Below are positions 9,825 through 19,852 of a stretch of DNA of 59,771 nt, in pieces (within the stretch, counting starts at the first letter, position 1; each line of letters begins with the position of its first letter). The stretch spans positions 1 through 59,771 of the forward strand of contig JBGPXN010000006.1 in assembly GCA_041492755.1 (NCBI GenBank). The letters are read 5' to 3'. The stretch is from Candidatus Methylomirabilia bacterium (GTDB lineage: Bacteria; Methylomirabilota; Methylomirabilia; Rokubacteriales; CSP1-6). The position numbers and the translations under genes are program-made. The notes beneath the pieces are model-generated. The model was not told the origin of the DNA, made no database searches, and saw only the letters and a program-made list of their open reading frames with translations.

Positions 9825-11558
9825 TTACATGTGCCAGTCCTGATACCAGGTCGAGTCGGCGCCCACGCCCTCGCGGGCGACGGACACGTCGATCAGGTAG
9901 GGCCGGTTCTCACCCTTGATCTTGTCCAGGCCACGCCGCAGCGCCGGCTCCAGATCCTTCGGCGAGCTGACCGCTTCACCGTCCACGCCCTGCGAGCGCG
10001 CCAGCGCCACGTAGTCGACGGCGGGGGCGCTGAGCCACAGGCCGGGATACTTGCCGTCCCGGATCATCTTGCTGTCCGGCATGTCCTTGGCCCAGTTGTG
10101 ACGCACGATCTGGTAGCTCTCGTTGTTCGACACGATGGTCAGGACGGCGGTGTTGTAGCGGGCCATCGTCCAGAACCCGGCGGCGCTGTAGCCGAGCGCA
10201 CCGTCGCCGAGGTTCAGCACGACCGGCCGCTCGCGGCCGACCGCGATCTTGGCGCCGATGGCGGCGCCCACCCCGAAGCCGAGCGAGCCGCCGCCGCTGC
10301 GCGTCCACGTCATCCCTTGATGCCCGAAGGACAGGAGCGTCGTTCGCGCCGTCGAGCTTTCCTGGACCATGACGGTGTTCTTCGGCAACACCTCGGCCAG
10401 GTGCGCTTCGAGGACACTGGGATGCACGATGGCGTCGTGCTCGTGCTCGCGCACCAGGTCCTCTTCTCGATTGATCAGTGCGGCGGCGTACGTCCGAACC
10501 TTGGCGCGCTGGCGCTTCCACGTCGCGATCCGATCGGAGTCGTGCACGCGCCCGAGCGCGTCGGTGAGGTTGCCCAGCGTCTCGTGCAGCTCACACTGCA
10601 CGGCGACGTCGAGCGGATAGTGACGGCCCATGAGCAGCGGGTTCGGTCCGATCTGCATCACGTACGGCTCGGTCACGCTGCCGTGAACGCCGTGCGAGCC
10701 GACGATGAAGATCAGATCCGGTTTCAGACCGGTGGCCTGCTCGAACTCCTTGGACACCGGATACATGCCGCAGTAGAGCGGGTGGCGGCTGGGAAAGTTC
10801 ACGAAGATCTGCCGGGTCGCGAACGCCGGCGCCTCGAGCGCCTCGGCCAGCGCAACCGCTTCGGCCTGGGCCCCCGCGCGCGAGACGTCGTCGCCGAAGA
10901 TCAGCACGGGGCACTGCGCCTCGCCGAGCCGGCGGGCGATCGCCTCGACCGTCTGGGGGCGAGCCGGCCCCGGCCGTTCGATCCTGTACTGGGCCGCTTC
11001 GCCGATCTGCGCTTCCAGCCCTTCGCGATTGAGCAGCTCGGCGCTGATGGAGAGGTACACCGGGCCCGTCGGCGGGGTGGTCGCTTCGCGCAACGCCCGC
11101 GTGGTGGCCACGGTGATGGCGGCCGGGTTCGTCGCCACTTGATAGGCGCAGCGCGCGTCCTTGGTGATCGGGCGCATGGATTCGGCCTGGGTCAGACCCG
11201 GAAACGGCGAGAGGCCGCGATAGTCCTGAAGCTCGGACGCCCAGTCCCCGGCCACCACGAGCAGCGACGAGCCGGCCACCTGGGCGTTGAAGAGCTGCCC
11301 GGCGAGCTGGTACGAGCCACCCATCACGTGCGCGATGATCACGCCGACGTTGCCGCTGATCCGGTGGTAGCCGTCGGCCATCGAGGCCACCAACCCTTCG
11401 TGCTTGCCGACGACGAGCTTCTGATCGCCATCCTCGGCGAGCGCCGCGAAGATCCCGGTCTCCGCCGACCCCGGATTGGTGAACAGGTACTCGACCCCCG
11501 CGTCCTTCAGGGTCTGGATCAGCAGCACCCCGCCGGTGCCCGTGATCGTCTTTCGCAT
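9825..11558 (-). CDS. Thiamine pyrophosphate-binding enzyme (benzoylformate decarboxylase-like)
   Basis: FTNPGSAE, KHEGLVASMADGY, and ThDP motif GDGALGY...SNNESY. Confidence 0.9.
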   Translation of the reverse strand: MRKTITGTGGVLLIQTLKDAGVEYLFTNPGSAETGIFAALAEDGDQKLVVGKHEGLVASMADGYHRISGNVGVIIAHVMGGSYQLAGQLFNAQVAGSSLLVVAGDWASELQDYRGLSPFPGLTQAESMRPITKDARCAYQVATNPAAITVATTRALREATTPPTGPVYLSISAELLNREGLEAQIGEAAQYRIERPGPARPQTVEAIARRLGEAQCPVLIFGDDVSRAGAQAEAVALAEALEAPAFATRQIFVNFPSRHPLYCGMYPVSKEFEQATGLKPDLIFIVGSHGVHGSVTEPYVMQIGPNPLLMGRHYPLDVAVQCELHETLGNLTDALGRVHDSDRIATWKRQRAKVRTYAAALINREEDLVREHEHDAIVHPSVLEAHLAEVLPKNTVMVQESSTARTTLLSFGHQGMTWTRSGGGSLGFGVGAAIGAKIAVGRERPVVLNLGDGALGYSAAGFWTMARYNTAVLTIVSNNESYQIVRHNWAKDMPDSKMIRDGKYPGLWLSAPAVDYVALARSQGVDGEAVSSPKDLEPALRRGLDKIKGENRPYLIDVSVAREGVGADSTWYQDWHM

Positions 11559-11645
11559 GGTCGACCTCGCTGTCCGCTCGTTTTGTCTTGAGCCGCCGCG
11601 CCGCGCGGCGCCCGACGGACTATACCATCCCGGCGGACGCTTCCC

Positions 11646-13250
11646 TCACTCGGTCGCGGCCGGAAGGCCCGGGTCGCGGGCCGCCGGCGCGGCCGCCTCC
11701 TTGCCCCGCCGCCGCGCGTCGGTGGTGCGAACCCGTCGCATGAACGGCACCAGGAGCACGACGGCGCAGGACGCGACGAGCATCAGCCGGAAGTCGTCCG
11801 CATAGGAAAGGACCTGGGCCTGGGTGAGCGTTTCCCGGTAGATCATGGCCATGGCCTGCCGGCCGGCCGTGACCACATCGGCGCCGCGATCGAGGAAATG
11901 CTCGGTCCACTGCTGGAGCCGGGCCACGACGGCCGGGTTGCCGGCGTCGACCCGGCTTCCCAGCATGACTTGATGAGCCTGCGCCCGCCGGACCAGCAGC
12001 GTCGTGACGACGGCCACCCCGATGCTGCCCCCGATGTTGCGAACGAGGTTGTAGGCCGCCGTGGCGTTGCTCAGCCGCTCCATCGGGATGTTGGCCAGCG
12101 CGAGCGCTTGCAGCGGCACGAAGATGAAGCCCATCGAGAATCCCTGGACGAAGCGGGGCCAGGCCAGGTTCCAGAAGTCGATGCTCGCGGTGACCTGGGC
12201 CATGAGCCAGAGCGAGACCGCCTGCAGGAGGCAGCCCCCCGCCAGCATGACGCGCTGGTCCATCCGTGACACCAGGCGGCCCGAGATCATCAGCGCCATC
12301 ATCGTGCCCAGGCCGCCGGGCGCGAGGGTCAGCCCGGCCGTCCAGGCATCGTAGCCGAGGATCTTTTGCGTGTAGAGCGCGACCAGCAGGATGCTGGCGT
12401 TGAAGCTGAATCCCATCAGGAAGATCGCGACGGTGCCGAGACCGAAGTTGCGGTCGGCAAACACGGTGAGATCGAGGATCGGCTCGTTCGCGAGCAGCTC
12501 CCGGACGAGGAAGCCGAGCAACATGGCGATGGAGACGATGGTGAGGGCCACGATCATCGTCGAGTCGAACCAGTCGTTGCGCTCGCCCAGGTCGAGCACG
12601 AGCTGCAGACAGCCGAACCCGATCACCATCAGCACGATTCCGAAGACGTCGACGTGCCGGGGCCGGCGGTGGAAGGGCGCGTCGAACAGAAACGCGCTGA
12701 TCATGAAGAAGGCGACGACGCCGATGGGCAGGTTGATGTAGAAGATCCAGCGCCACGACCAGTTGTCGCAAATCCAGCCGCCCACGGTCGGTCCGAGAAT
12801 GGGCGCCAGCATGATGCCGAAGCCCCACACCGCCATGGCGGTGCCCCGCTCCGCGAGCGGGAAGATCTCCCACATGATCGCCTGCGCCATCGGGATCACC
12901 GGCCCGCCCCCGAGCCCCTGGAGCACGCGCATCGCGACGAGAAACTCCAGATTCGGCGCGATGCCGGACAGGAAGGAGCTGGCCGTGAACATGACCGTGC
13001 AGATCAAGTAGAAGCGACGGCGCCCGAACACGGCGGTCAACCACCCGGTGGCGGGGATCACGACCGCATTGGCCGCGAGGTACGAGGTGATGATCCAGGC
13101 CATCTCGTCGATGCTGGCCGAAAACGAGCCTTGCATGTGCGGCAGGGCCACGTTGGTGATGCTGGTGTCGAGCACCTGCATGACGGTGACGAGCATCACC
13201 GAGAACGTGATGGCCCACTTGCGGGCCGATCCGATGGGCTCCTCGCTCAC
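11646..13250 (-). CDS. DHA2 (EmrB/QacA) MFS efflux transporter
   Basis: LDTSITNVALP, WIITSYL, RVLQGLGGG, APILGPTVGG, WRWIFYINLPIG. Confidence 0.93.
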   Translation of the reverse strand: MSEEPIGSARKWAITFSVMLVTVMQVLDTSITNVALPHMQGSFSASIDEMAWIITSYLAANAVVIPATGWLTAVFGRRRFYLICTVMFTASSFLSGIAPNLEFLVAMRVLQGLGGGPVIPMAQAIMWEIFPLAERGTAMAVWGFGIMLAPILGPTVGGWICDNWSWRWIFYINLPIGVVAFFMISAFLFDAPFHRRPRHVDVFGIVLMVIGFGCLQLVLDLGERNDWFDSTMIVALTIVSIAMLLGFLVRELLANEPILDLTVFADRNFGLGTVAIFLMGFSFNASILLVALYTQKILGYDAWTAGLTLAPGGLGTMMALMISGRLVSRMDQRVMLAGGCLLQAVSLWLMAQVTASIDFWNLAWPRFVQGFSMGFIFVPLQALALANIPMERLSNATAAYNLVRNIGGSIGVAVVTTLLVRRAQAHQVMLGSRVDAGNPAVVARLQQWTEHFLDRGADVVTAGRQAMAMIYRETLTQAQVLSYADDFRLMLVASCAVVLLVPFMRRVRTTDARRRGKEAAAPAARDPGLPAATE

Positions 13251-13358
13251 GAGGTGGGGGCACTCGCGTGGCGGGCGGGACGAAACGGCCGGCGCGCGGC
13301 GCGCATACCCTCGCCTGACCTCCTCGTCGCCGTCACGCGGGCCGGCTGTCCGCTCGAC

Positions 13359-14228
13359 TCACCGCTGGCTGAGATACCAGTCGCAGATTTCCTCGCCCGT
13401 CGTGAACCACACGCCCTTCTGGCGCCGGATGTAGTCGTACACGGCTTCGAAGTACTTGATCCGGTGCGGCACCCCCGAGATGTACGGGTGCACCGCGAGC
13501 GCCATCACGCGCGGATTCTTCGCGCCCTCGGCGTAGAGCCGATCGAACTGGTCCCGGGCGCGCCGCAGCCATTCCGACGATGCGTGGTGCTGGATGACCA
13601 TCATCGGGATGTCGTTGAGCTCGATCGTGTAGGGCACGGAGACGAGCGGCCCCGCCGACGTGCGGATCTCGTACGGCTGGTCGTCGTTGACCCAGTCCGA
13701 GACGTACCGGATCCCCTCTTCGGCGAGCACGTCCAGGGTCTCCCACGTTTCGGTCAGCCCCGGGCCGAGCCAGCCCTTCGGCGCCTTGCCCGTGAATCCA
13801 CGAATGAGCTCGATCGCTTCCCGGATGGCCGCGCGCTGGTCCGGAAGCAGGTGCATCGCGCCCTGCTTGACTCCGTGTCCCATGAACTCCCAGCCGGCGT
13901 CGAGCATCGCCTTCGCGACGTCGGGGTAGGAGCGGCAAACGTTGGCGTTGATGGCGGTCGTCGCGCGAAGTCTGCGCCGGGTCAGCGCGTCGAGGAGGCG
14001 CCAGACGCCGACACGCATGCCGTACTCGTGCCACGACCAGTTCGGCACGTCGGGGATGACGGCCACGCCCTGCGGCGTCGTGAGGTACTGGCGAGCCATC
14101 GGTTTTTCGATGTCCCATTCCTCGACGTTGACGATCGTCCAGACGGCAATGCGCGCGCCCTTGGGGAGTCGCCAGGGCCGCCGGCCGCGCATCGGGGAGT
14201 ACGGGAACCGCTCGGGCGGAAGTCGCAT
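13359..14228 (-). CDS. Polysaccharide deacetylase family protein (allantoinase PuuE-like)
   Basis: VNVEEW, EYGMRVGVWR, WEFMGHG, PKGWLGPG, DDQPY, AVHPYISG. Confidence 0.88.
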   Translation of the reverse strand: MRLPPERFPYSPMRGRRPWRLPKGARIAVWTIVNVEEWDIEKPMARQYLTTPQGVAVIPDVPNWSWHEYGMRVGVWRLLDALTRRRLRATTAINANVCRSYPDVAKAMLDAGWEFMGHGVKQGAMHLLPDQRAAIREAIELIRGFTGKAPKGWLGPGLTETWETLDVLAEEGIRYVSDWVNDDQPYEIRTSAGPLVSVPYTIELNDIPMMVIQHHASSEWLRRARDQFDRLYAEGAKNPRVMALAVHPYISGVPHRIKYFEAVYDYIRRQKGVWFTTGEEICDWYLSQR

Positions 14229-14310
14229 GTCGCTCGCTCCTCCTCGGAGTCGTACAACCGAGGGAATTGGCTGCCCCGACCTCACGAGACTACTCTATAA
14301 TCCCGCTCGG

Positions 14311-15309
14311 ATGACCAAGGTAAGACCGATCGACATCCATGCCCATTTCTTTCCCGAAGCGTTCTTGCGCCTCATCGGTGAGGAAGGCGAGCGCATGAAT
14401 GCCCGCGTGGACCGGTCGGACGCCAGGGGGCCCGTGCTCCAGATCGGAACCACCCGGACGGCGCCGCTGCGCGCCGGATTCATCGACGTCGACCACCGGC
14501 TCAAGGAGATGAAGCGACAGGGCGTCGGCATGCACGCGCTGTCGCTGACCGGGCCCATGGTCCACTGGGCGCCGCCGGAATTCGGCGCCCGGCTCGCCCG
14601 TGCCTTCAACGATGCGGTGGCGGAGGCGCACACCGCTCATCCGGACCGCTTCGTTGGACTCGCCACGCTGCCCATCCAGGACCCCAAGCTGGCCGTGAAC
14701 GAGATCGATCGCATCGCGCGGCTGCCCGGGATGCGCGGGGTCTATCTCCCCACGAACGTGCAGGGACGCGAGATCGCCCACCCCGACTTCTTCCCCGTGT
14801 ACGAGCGAATCCACGAGCTGGGGCTGCCCGTCTTCCTGCATCCCGTCGTGGTGATCGGCGCCGACCGCTTCCACGCGTTCTATCTCTCGAACCTGCTCGG
14901 CAATCCCTTCGACAACACGATCGCCGCCGCGAACCTGATCTTCGGCGGCGTGCTCGATCGGTTCCCGAAGCTGACCGTGTGCCTGCCCCACGGCGGTGGC
15001 GCCTTTCCGTACCTCGTCGGACGCCTGGACCGCGGCTGGAAGATGCGAGCGGAGTGCAAGCACCTCAAGCGGCCGCCGTCGGCCTACCTGCGCCGCTTCA
15101 CCTACGACACCATCACCCATTCCGCCGAATCGCTTCGCTTCCTCATCAAGCGGGTCGGCGCGGACCGGGTGCTGCTCGGCAGCGATTACTGCTTCGACAT
15201 GGGCTACGCGCGGCCGGTGGAGATCGTGACGAAGCTCGCGGGCCTGGCCAAGGCGGACCAGGCGCGCATCCTGGGTGGCAACGCGCAGCGAATGCTGCAC
15301 CTGACGTAG
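14311..15309 (+). CDS. Amidohydrolase family protein (ACMSD/LigW-like decarboxylase)
   Basis: DIHAH, FLHP, PHGGG, GSDYCFDM. Confidence 0.88.
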   Translation: MTKVRPIDIHAHFFPEAFLRLIGEEGERMNARVDRSDARGPVLQIGTTRTAPLRAGFIDVDHRLKEMKRQGVGMHALSLTGPMVHWAPPEFGARLARAFNDAVAEAHTAHPDRFVGLATLPIQDPKLAVNEIDRIARLPGMRGVYLPTNVQGREIAHPDFFPVYERIHELGLPVFLHPVVVIGADRFHAFYLSNLLGNPFDNTIAAANLIFGGVLDRFPKLTVCLPHGGGAFPYLVGRLDRGWKMRAECKHLKRPPSAYLRRFTYDTITHSAESLRFLIKRVGADRVLLGSDYCFDMGYARPVEIVTKLAGLAKADQARILGGNAQRMLHLT

Positions 15310-15325
15310 CCGCCGGGGCCGACCG

Positions 15326-16180
15326 ATGGAGTTCCTCCTCATCCAGCTCTTCAACGGCGTCTCGTACGGCGCCCTGCTCTTCCTGCTCGCCGGCGGTCTC
15401 TCGCTCATCTTCGGGATGATGCGCATCGTCAACATGACGCACGGCTCCTACTACCTGCTCGGCGGGTACGTGGCCCTCACGGTCATCTGGCGCAGCGGAT
15501 ATTTCGTGCTCGGGCTCCTCGCGGCAATGCTCGTCATCGCGTGCATCGGCATCGCCGAGTGGAACGCCTTCCTCAAGCGCCTGTCCGGCCAGGAGCTCGG
15601 CCAGGTGCTGACCACGATGGGCTTTGCGCTGATCTTCCAGGATCTGGCCCTGGTGGTCTGGGGCGGCGATCCGTATACGATCCCGCAACCGAAGTTCCTC
15701 TCCGGCAGCCTGCGTGCCGGCAACCTCTTCCTCCCGACCTACCGGATCTTCATCGTGGCCGTGGCCGCCGCCGTGGCCATCGTGCTCTGGCTGGTGCTCG
15801 GCCGCACGCGCATCGGCGCCATGATGCGCGCGACGGTGGACGATCCCGAGATGGCGCGCGGGGTCGGCATCAACGTGCACGCGATCTCGATGGGGGTGTT
15901 CGCGATGGGCGCCATGCTGGCCGCGGTGGCGGGCGTGGTGGCGGGCGGCTTCGTCGGCGTGTACCCGGGCGCCGACTTCGAGATCCTGCCCTATGCGTTC
16001 GTGGTCGTGATCATGGGCGGCATGGGGAGCCTCAAGGGCGCGTTGATCGGCAGCCTCATCGTCGGGCTGCTCGACAACTTCGGCAAGGCGCTGTTCCCCG
16101 AGCTCTCGTACTTCACCCTCTTCGCCCCCATGGCCATCATCCTCGCCGTGCGGCCCACCGGGCTCTTCGGCCGCGCGTGA
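15326..16180 (+). CDS. livH: Branched-chain amino acid ABC transporter permease
   Basis: GLSLIFGMMRIVNMTHG, GAMMRA, VVIMGGMGSL. Confidence 0.9.
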   Translation: MEFLLIQLFNGVSYGALLFLLAGGLSLIFGMMRIVNMTHGSYYLLGGYVALTVIWRSGYFVLGLLAAMLVIACIGIAEWNAFLKRLSGQELGQVLTTMGFALIFQDLALVVWGGDPYTIPQPKFLSGSLRAGNLFLPTYRIFIVAVAAAVAIVLWLVLGRTRIGAMMRATVDDPEMARGVGINVHAISMGVFAMGAMLAAVAGVVAGGFVGVYPGADFEILPYAFVVVIMGGMGSLKGALIGSLIVGLLDNFGKALFPELSYFTLFAPMAIILAVRPTGLFGRA

Positions 16181-17157
16181 TCGCCCGTCTCCTCGCCGGT
16201 CGCGAGCGGCTCATCCTGGGCGCGTTCCTGCTCGTGCTGGTGGTGGTGCCGCCGTTCTTCTCCGGCTTCCTCCTCGCCCTCGTCACGCAGGCGCTGATCC
16301 TCGCGATTCTCTCGATGAGTCTCGACATCATCCTGGGCTACACCGGGCTGGCCTCCCTCGGTCACGCCGCGTACCTCGGGATCGGCGCGTACGCGGTGGG
16401 AATCTTGAGCACGCGCTACGGCGCGGGCTTCTGGACGGTGCTGCTGGTCGGCGTGCTGGGGGCCGCCGTGGTCGCGGCCGTGTTCGGCCTGATCGCCCTC
16501 CGCGCGACGGGCGTGTACTTCCTGATGATCACGCTCGCGCTCGGCATGGTGGTGTGGGGACTCGCGCACCGCTGGGTCTCCGTGACGTCGGGGGACAACG
16601 GCATCGCGAGCGTCCCCCGCCCCCGGCTGGGGCTCGGGCTGCCGTGGTCCTTCTCGGACGCGGTGCCCTTCTACTACCTGGCCCTCGTCGCGTTCCTGCT
16701 CGCCTTCACCCTGCTGCGCGTGGTGGTTTCCTCGCCCTTCGGTCAGACCCTCGTCGGCATCCGGGAGAGCGAATCGCGAATGCGCACCCTCGGCTACCAC
16801 GTGTGGCTGCACAAGTACATCGGCTTCGTGATCGCGGGCGCGGTCGGCGGCTTCGCCGGCGTGCTGTGGTCGTACTACAACGGCTTCGTGAGCCCGGCCG
16901 ATCTGGAGCTGGCGACCTCGGTGGAAACGCTGCTGATGGTGGCGCTCGGCGGCCGCGGCACCCTGTACGGACCGGCGCTCGGCGCCGCGGTCATCGTGCT
17001 CCTCAAGAATCTGGTGTCCGTTTACACGCACCGCTGGCTGCTCATTCTGGGTGCCGTCTACATCGGCACGATCGTGTACGCCCCCGAGGGCATCGTGGGG
17101 GCCATCCGGCAATGGACCGAGAGGACGAGGAGGGACAAGGCATGGTCAAGCGGTTGA
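16177..17157 (+). CDS. livM: Branched-chain amino acid ABC transporter permease
   Basis: GTGA overlap with livH; GYTGLASLGHAAYLGIGAY, GVYFLMITLA, PFGQTLVGIRESE, PEGIVG. Confidence 0.9.
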   Translation: MIARLLAGRERLILGAFLLVLVVVPPFFSGFLLALVTQALILAILSMSLDIILGYTGLASLGHAAYLGIGAYAVGILSTRYGAGFWTVLLVGVLGAAVVAAVFGLIALRATGVYFLMITLALGMVVWGLAHRWVSVTSGDNGIASVPRPRLGLGLPWSFSDAVPFYYLALVAFLLAFTLLRVVVSSPFGQTLVGIRESESRMRTLGYHVWLHKYIGFVIAGAVGGFAGVLWSYYNGFVSPADLELATSVETLLMVALGGRGTLYGPALGAAVIVLLKNLVSVYTHRWLLILGAVYIGTIVYAPEGIVGAIRQWTERTRRDKAWSSG

Positions 17158-18383
17158 CCGTCGCGCTGCTCGCGCTGGCCGTCGGGGTTGCTCTCGTGGT
17201 GATGCCGGCCACGGCCCAGAAGGGGCCGATCAAGGTGGGCTTTCTGGCGCCCATGACGGGTGGCGCAGCCCAGGTCGGCAAGGACATGGAGAACGGCTTC
17301 AAGATGTGGCTCGAGGAGAATGGCAACCAGTTCGCCGGCCGCAAGGTCGAGGTGATCGTCGAGGACACCCAGGGGCAGCCCAACATCGCCCTCACCAAGC
17401 TGCGCAAGCTGGTGGAGAGCGACAAGGTGCACGTCCTGGCCGGCGGCCTCTTCGCGCACGTGGGCTACGCGCTCGCCCCCAAGGTCGACGAGTACAAGGT
17501 CCCCATGCTCTACCCGGTGATGGCAGCCGACGACCTCACCCAGCGCCAGCCGAAGAAGTGGGTGGTCCGCACCGGGTGGACGTCGAGCCAGCCCTCGCAC
17601 CCGTTCGGCGAGTACGTCGCGAAGACGCTCGGCTACAAGCGCGTGGTCGTCATCGCGATCGACTACGCCTTCGGCTGGGAGGTGGTGGGCGGATTCCAGA
17701 AGACGTTCGAGGAGAACGGCGGCCAGATCATCCAGAAGCTGTGGCCGCCGCTCGGCACCGCCGACTTCGCGCCCTACCTGGCCCAGATCAAGAAGGACCA
17801 GGCCGACGCCGTCTTCGCGCTGATGGTGGCGGCCTCCTCGCTGCGGTTCCCCAAGCAGTACGAGGACTCCGGGCTCAAGATCAAGCTGCCGCTCATCGGA
17901 GGCGGCACCACCTTCGACGAATTCGTGCTGCCGTCGCTCGGCGACGAGGCCCTCGGTGGCATGAGCCCGCTGATCTACAGCGCGGCCATCGACACGCCCG
18001 CCAACAAGAAATTCGTCAAGGACTACCGCGCGAAGTACACCAAGCAGCCGTCGTACTACTCCGAGACCTGCTACACGGCGGCGCGCTGGATCGCGGAAGC
18101 GGCCAAGGCCGTCAACGGCGACCTCGAAGACCGGGAGAAGTTCCTGGCCGCGCTCAAGAAGGTCGAGATCCCCGACGCGCCCCGCGGCCCGATCAAGCTC
18201 GACGCCCACGGCAACCCCGTCCAGAACGTCTACATCCGCAAGGTCGAAAGGAAGGGCGGCGAGCTCTGGAACACCGTCATCCAGGTCTATCCGAACGTGT
18301 CGCAGTTCTGGAAGTACAAGCCGGACGAGTTCCTCAAGCAGCCCGTCTATGACCGCAACTTCCCGCCCTGCAAGTACTGCTAG
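17142..18383 (+). CDS. livK: Branched-chain/aromatic-type ABC substrate-binding protein
   Basis: Signal peptide ending ATA-Q; PIKVGFLAPMTG, DYAFGWE, PRGPIKLD. Confidence 0.88.
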   Translation: MVKRLTVALLALAVGVALVVMPATAQKGPIKVGFLAPMTGGAAQVGKDMENGFKMWLEENGNQFAGRKVEVIVEDTQGQPNIALTKLRKLVESDKVHVLAGGLFAHVGYALAPKVDEYKVPMLYPVMAADDLTQRQPKKWVVRTGWTSSQPSHPFGEYVAKTLGYKRVVVIAIDYAFGWEVVGGFQKTFEENGGQIIQKLWPPLGTADFAPYLAQIKKDQADAVFALMVAASSLRFPKQYEDSGLKIKLPLIGGGTTFDEFVLPSLGDEALGGMSPLIYSAAIDTPANKKFVKDYRAKYTKQPSYYSETCYTAARWIAEAAKAVNGDLEDREKFLAALKKVEIPDAPRGPIKLDAHGNPVQNVYIRKVERKGGELWNTVIQVYPNVSQFWKYKPDEFLKQPVYDRNFPPCKYC

Positions 18384-18384
18384 C

Positions 18385-19140
18385 ATGAGTCCCGCCGCCG
18401 TCCCGGCGCTGAGCCTCGCCGACGTCTCCAAGGCGTTCGGCGGACTCCGCGCCGTGGACGGGGTGAGCCTGACCGTCGGCGCCGGCGAGCGCCGCGCTCT
18501 CATCGGGCCGAATGGCGCGGGAAAGACGACGTTGTTCAGCCTCATCAGCGGCGAGCAGAAGCCCACGAGCGGTCGCGTGGAGCTCTTTGGCCGCGACGTG
18601 ACGGGCCTGGCGCCGCACCGCCGGGCCGCGCTCGGCCTGACCCGCACGTACCAGATCACCAATCTCTTTCCGAGCCTGAGCGTGCTCGACAACTGCATCC
18701 TGGCCGTGCAGGCGCTGAGCCCGATCAAGCTCCACCTGCACCGCTCGATCGCGCGCTATCCCAACCTGGCAACCCGTGCGCGTGAGGTGTTGGAGGCGGT
18801 GGGTCTGGGCGACCAGACCGCCGTGCGGGTCCGCAATCTCTCGCACGGCGAGCAGCGGCAGCTCGAGATCGCGCTCGCGCTCGCCGGCTCGCCCAGGGTC
18901 GTCCTGCTCGACGAGCCGACCGCGGGGCTGTCCCCCGCCGAGTCGGCACTGATGACCGCGCTCCTCAAGCGGCTCGATCCCGCCATCACGCTGCTCGTGA
19001 TCGAGCACGACATGGACGTCGCCTTCGAGCTGACCGACCGCATCACCGTGCTCCACTACGGCCGGGTGGTGGCCGATGGGCGGGCCGATGACGTCAAGCG
19101 CGATCCCCTGGTCCAAGAGATCTACCTCGGAGTTCAGTAG
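18385..19140 (+). CDS. livG: ABC transporter ATP-binding protein
   Basis: GPNGAGKTT, LSHGEQ, LLDEPTAG, IEHDMD. Confidence 0.92.
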   Translation: MSPAAVPALSLADVSKAFGGLRAVDGVSLTVGAGERRALIGPNGAGKTTLFSLISGEQKPTSGRVELFGRDVTGLAPHRRAALGLTRTYQITNLFPSLSVLDNCILAVQALSPIKLHLHRSIARYPNLATRAREVLEAVGLGDQTAVRVRNLSHGEQRQLEIALALAGSPRVVLLDEPTAGLSPAESALMTALLKRLDPAITLLVIEHDMDVAFELTDRITVLHYGRVVADGRADDVKRDPLVQEIYLGVQ

Positions 19141-19143
19141 ACG

Positions 19144-19842
19144 ATGCTCGAAGTCCGCGACATCCACACCTACTACGGCGACAGCTACGTGCTGCAAGGC
19201 ATCTCGCTCCGCATGGAGCGCGGGCGCGTCCTCGGCATCCTCGGCCGCAACGGGATGGGCAAGACGACGCTCATCCGCTCGATCGTCGGCTTCACACCGC
19301 CGCGCCGCGGCCAGGTCGTGTTCAAGGACCAGGACATCACCGGGTGGCCGTCCAACCGCTCCGTCGCCCTCGGACTCGGCCTGGTCCCCCAGGGGCGCCG
19401 CGTCTTCCGCTCGCTGTCGGTGGCCGAGAACCTCGCCGTCGCCGCGCGCGCCCGCAACCGCGAAGGTGGGTGGACAATCGAGCGTGTGATGGAGCTGTTT
19501 CCCCGGCTGCGCGAGCGCGCGGGCAGCGGCGCGGGAACCTTGTCGGGCGGCGAGCAGCAGATGCTCGCGATCGCGCGGGCGCTGATGACGAATCCCGACC
19601 TGCTGCTGATGGACGAGCCGACCGAGGGACTGGCGCCCCTGCTCGTGCGCGAGGTGGGGCGGGTCATCAAGGGTCTCAAGGCGGCCGGGCTGTCGATCCT
19701 GCTCGTCGAGCAGAACCTGCCGCTCGCCCTGGAGGTCGCCGACGACGTCCACGTGATGTCCCGGGGCCGCATCGTCCACTCCTCCCCCGCCGCGGCGCTC
19801 GCCCGGGACGAGGACGTGAAGAAGCGGTATCTGGGACTATGA
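19144..19842 (+). CDS. livF: ABC transporter ATP-binding protein
   Basis: GRNGMGKTT, LSGGEQQM, MDEPTEGLAP, VEQN. Confidence 0.92.
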   Translation: MLEVRDIHTYYGDSYVLQGISLRMERGRVLGILGRNGMGKTTLIRSIVGFTPPRRGQVVFKDQDITGWPSNRSVALGLGLVPQGRRVFRSLSVAENLAVAARARNREGGWTIERVMELFPRLRERAGSGAGTLSGGEQQMLAIARALMTNPDLLLMDEPTEGLAPLLVREVGRVIKGLKAAGLSILLVEQNLPLALEVADDVHVMSRGRIVHSSPAAALARDEDVKKRYLGL

Positions 19843-19852
19843 GGAGGGTAGG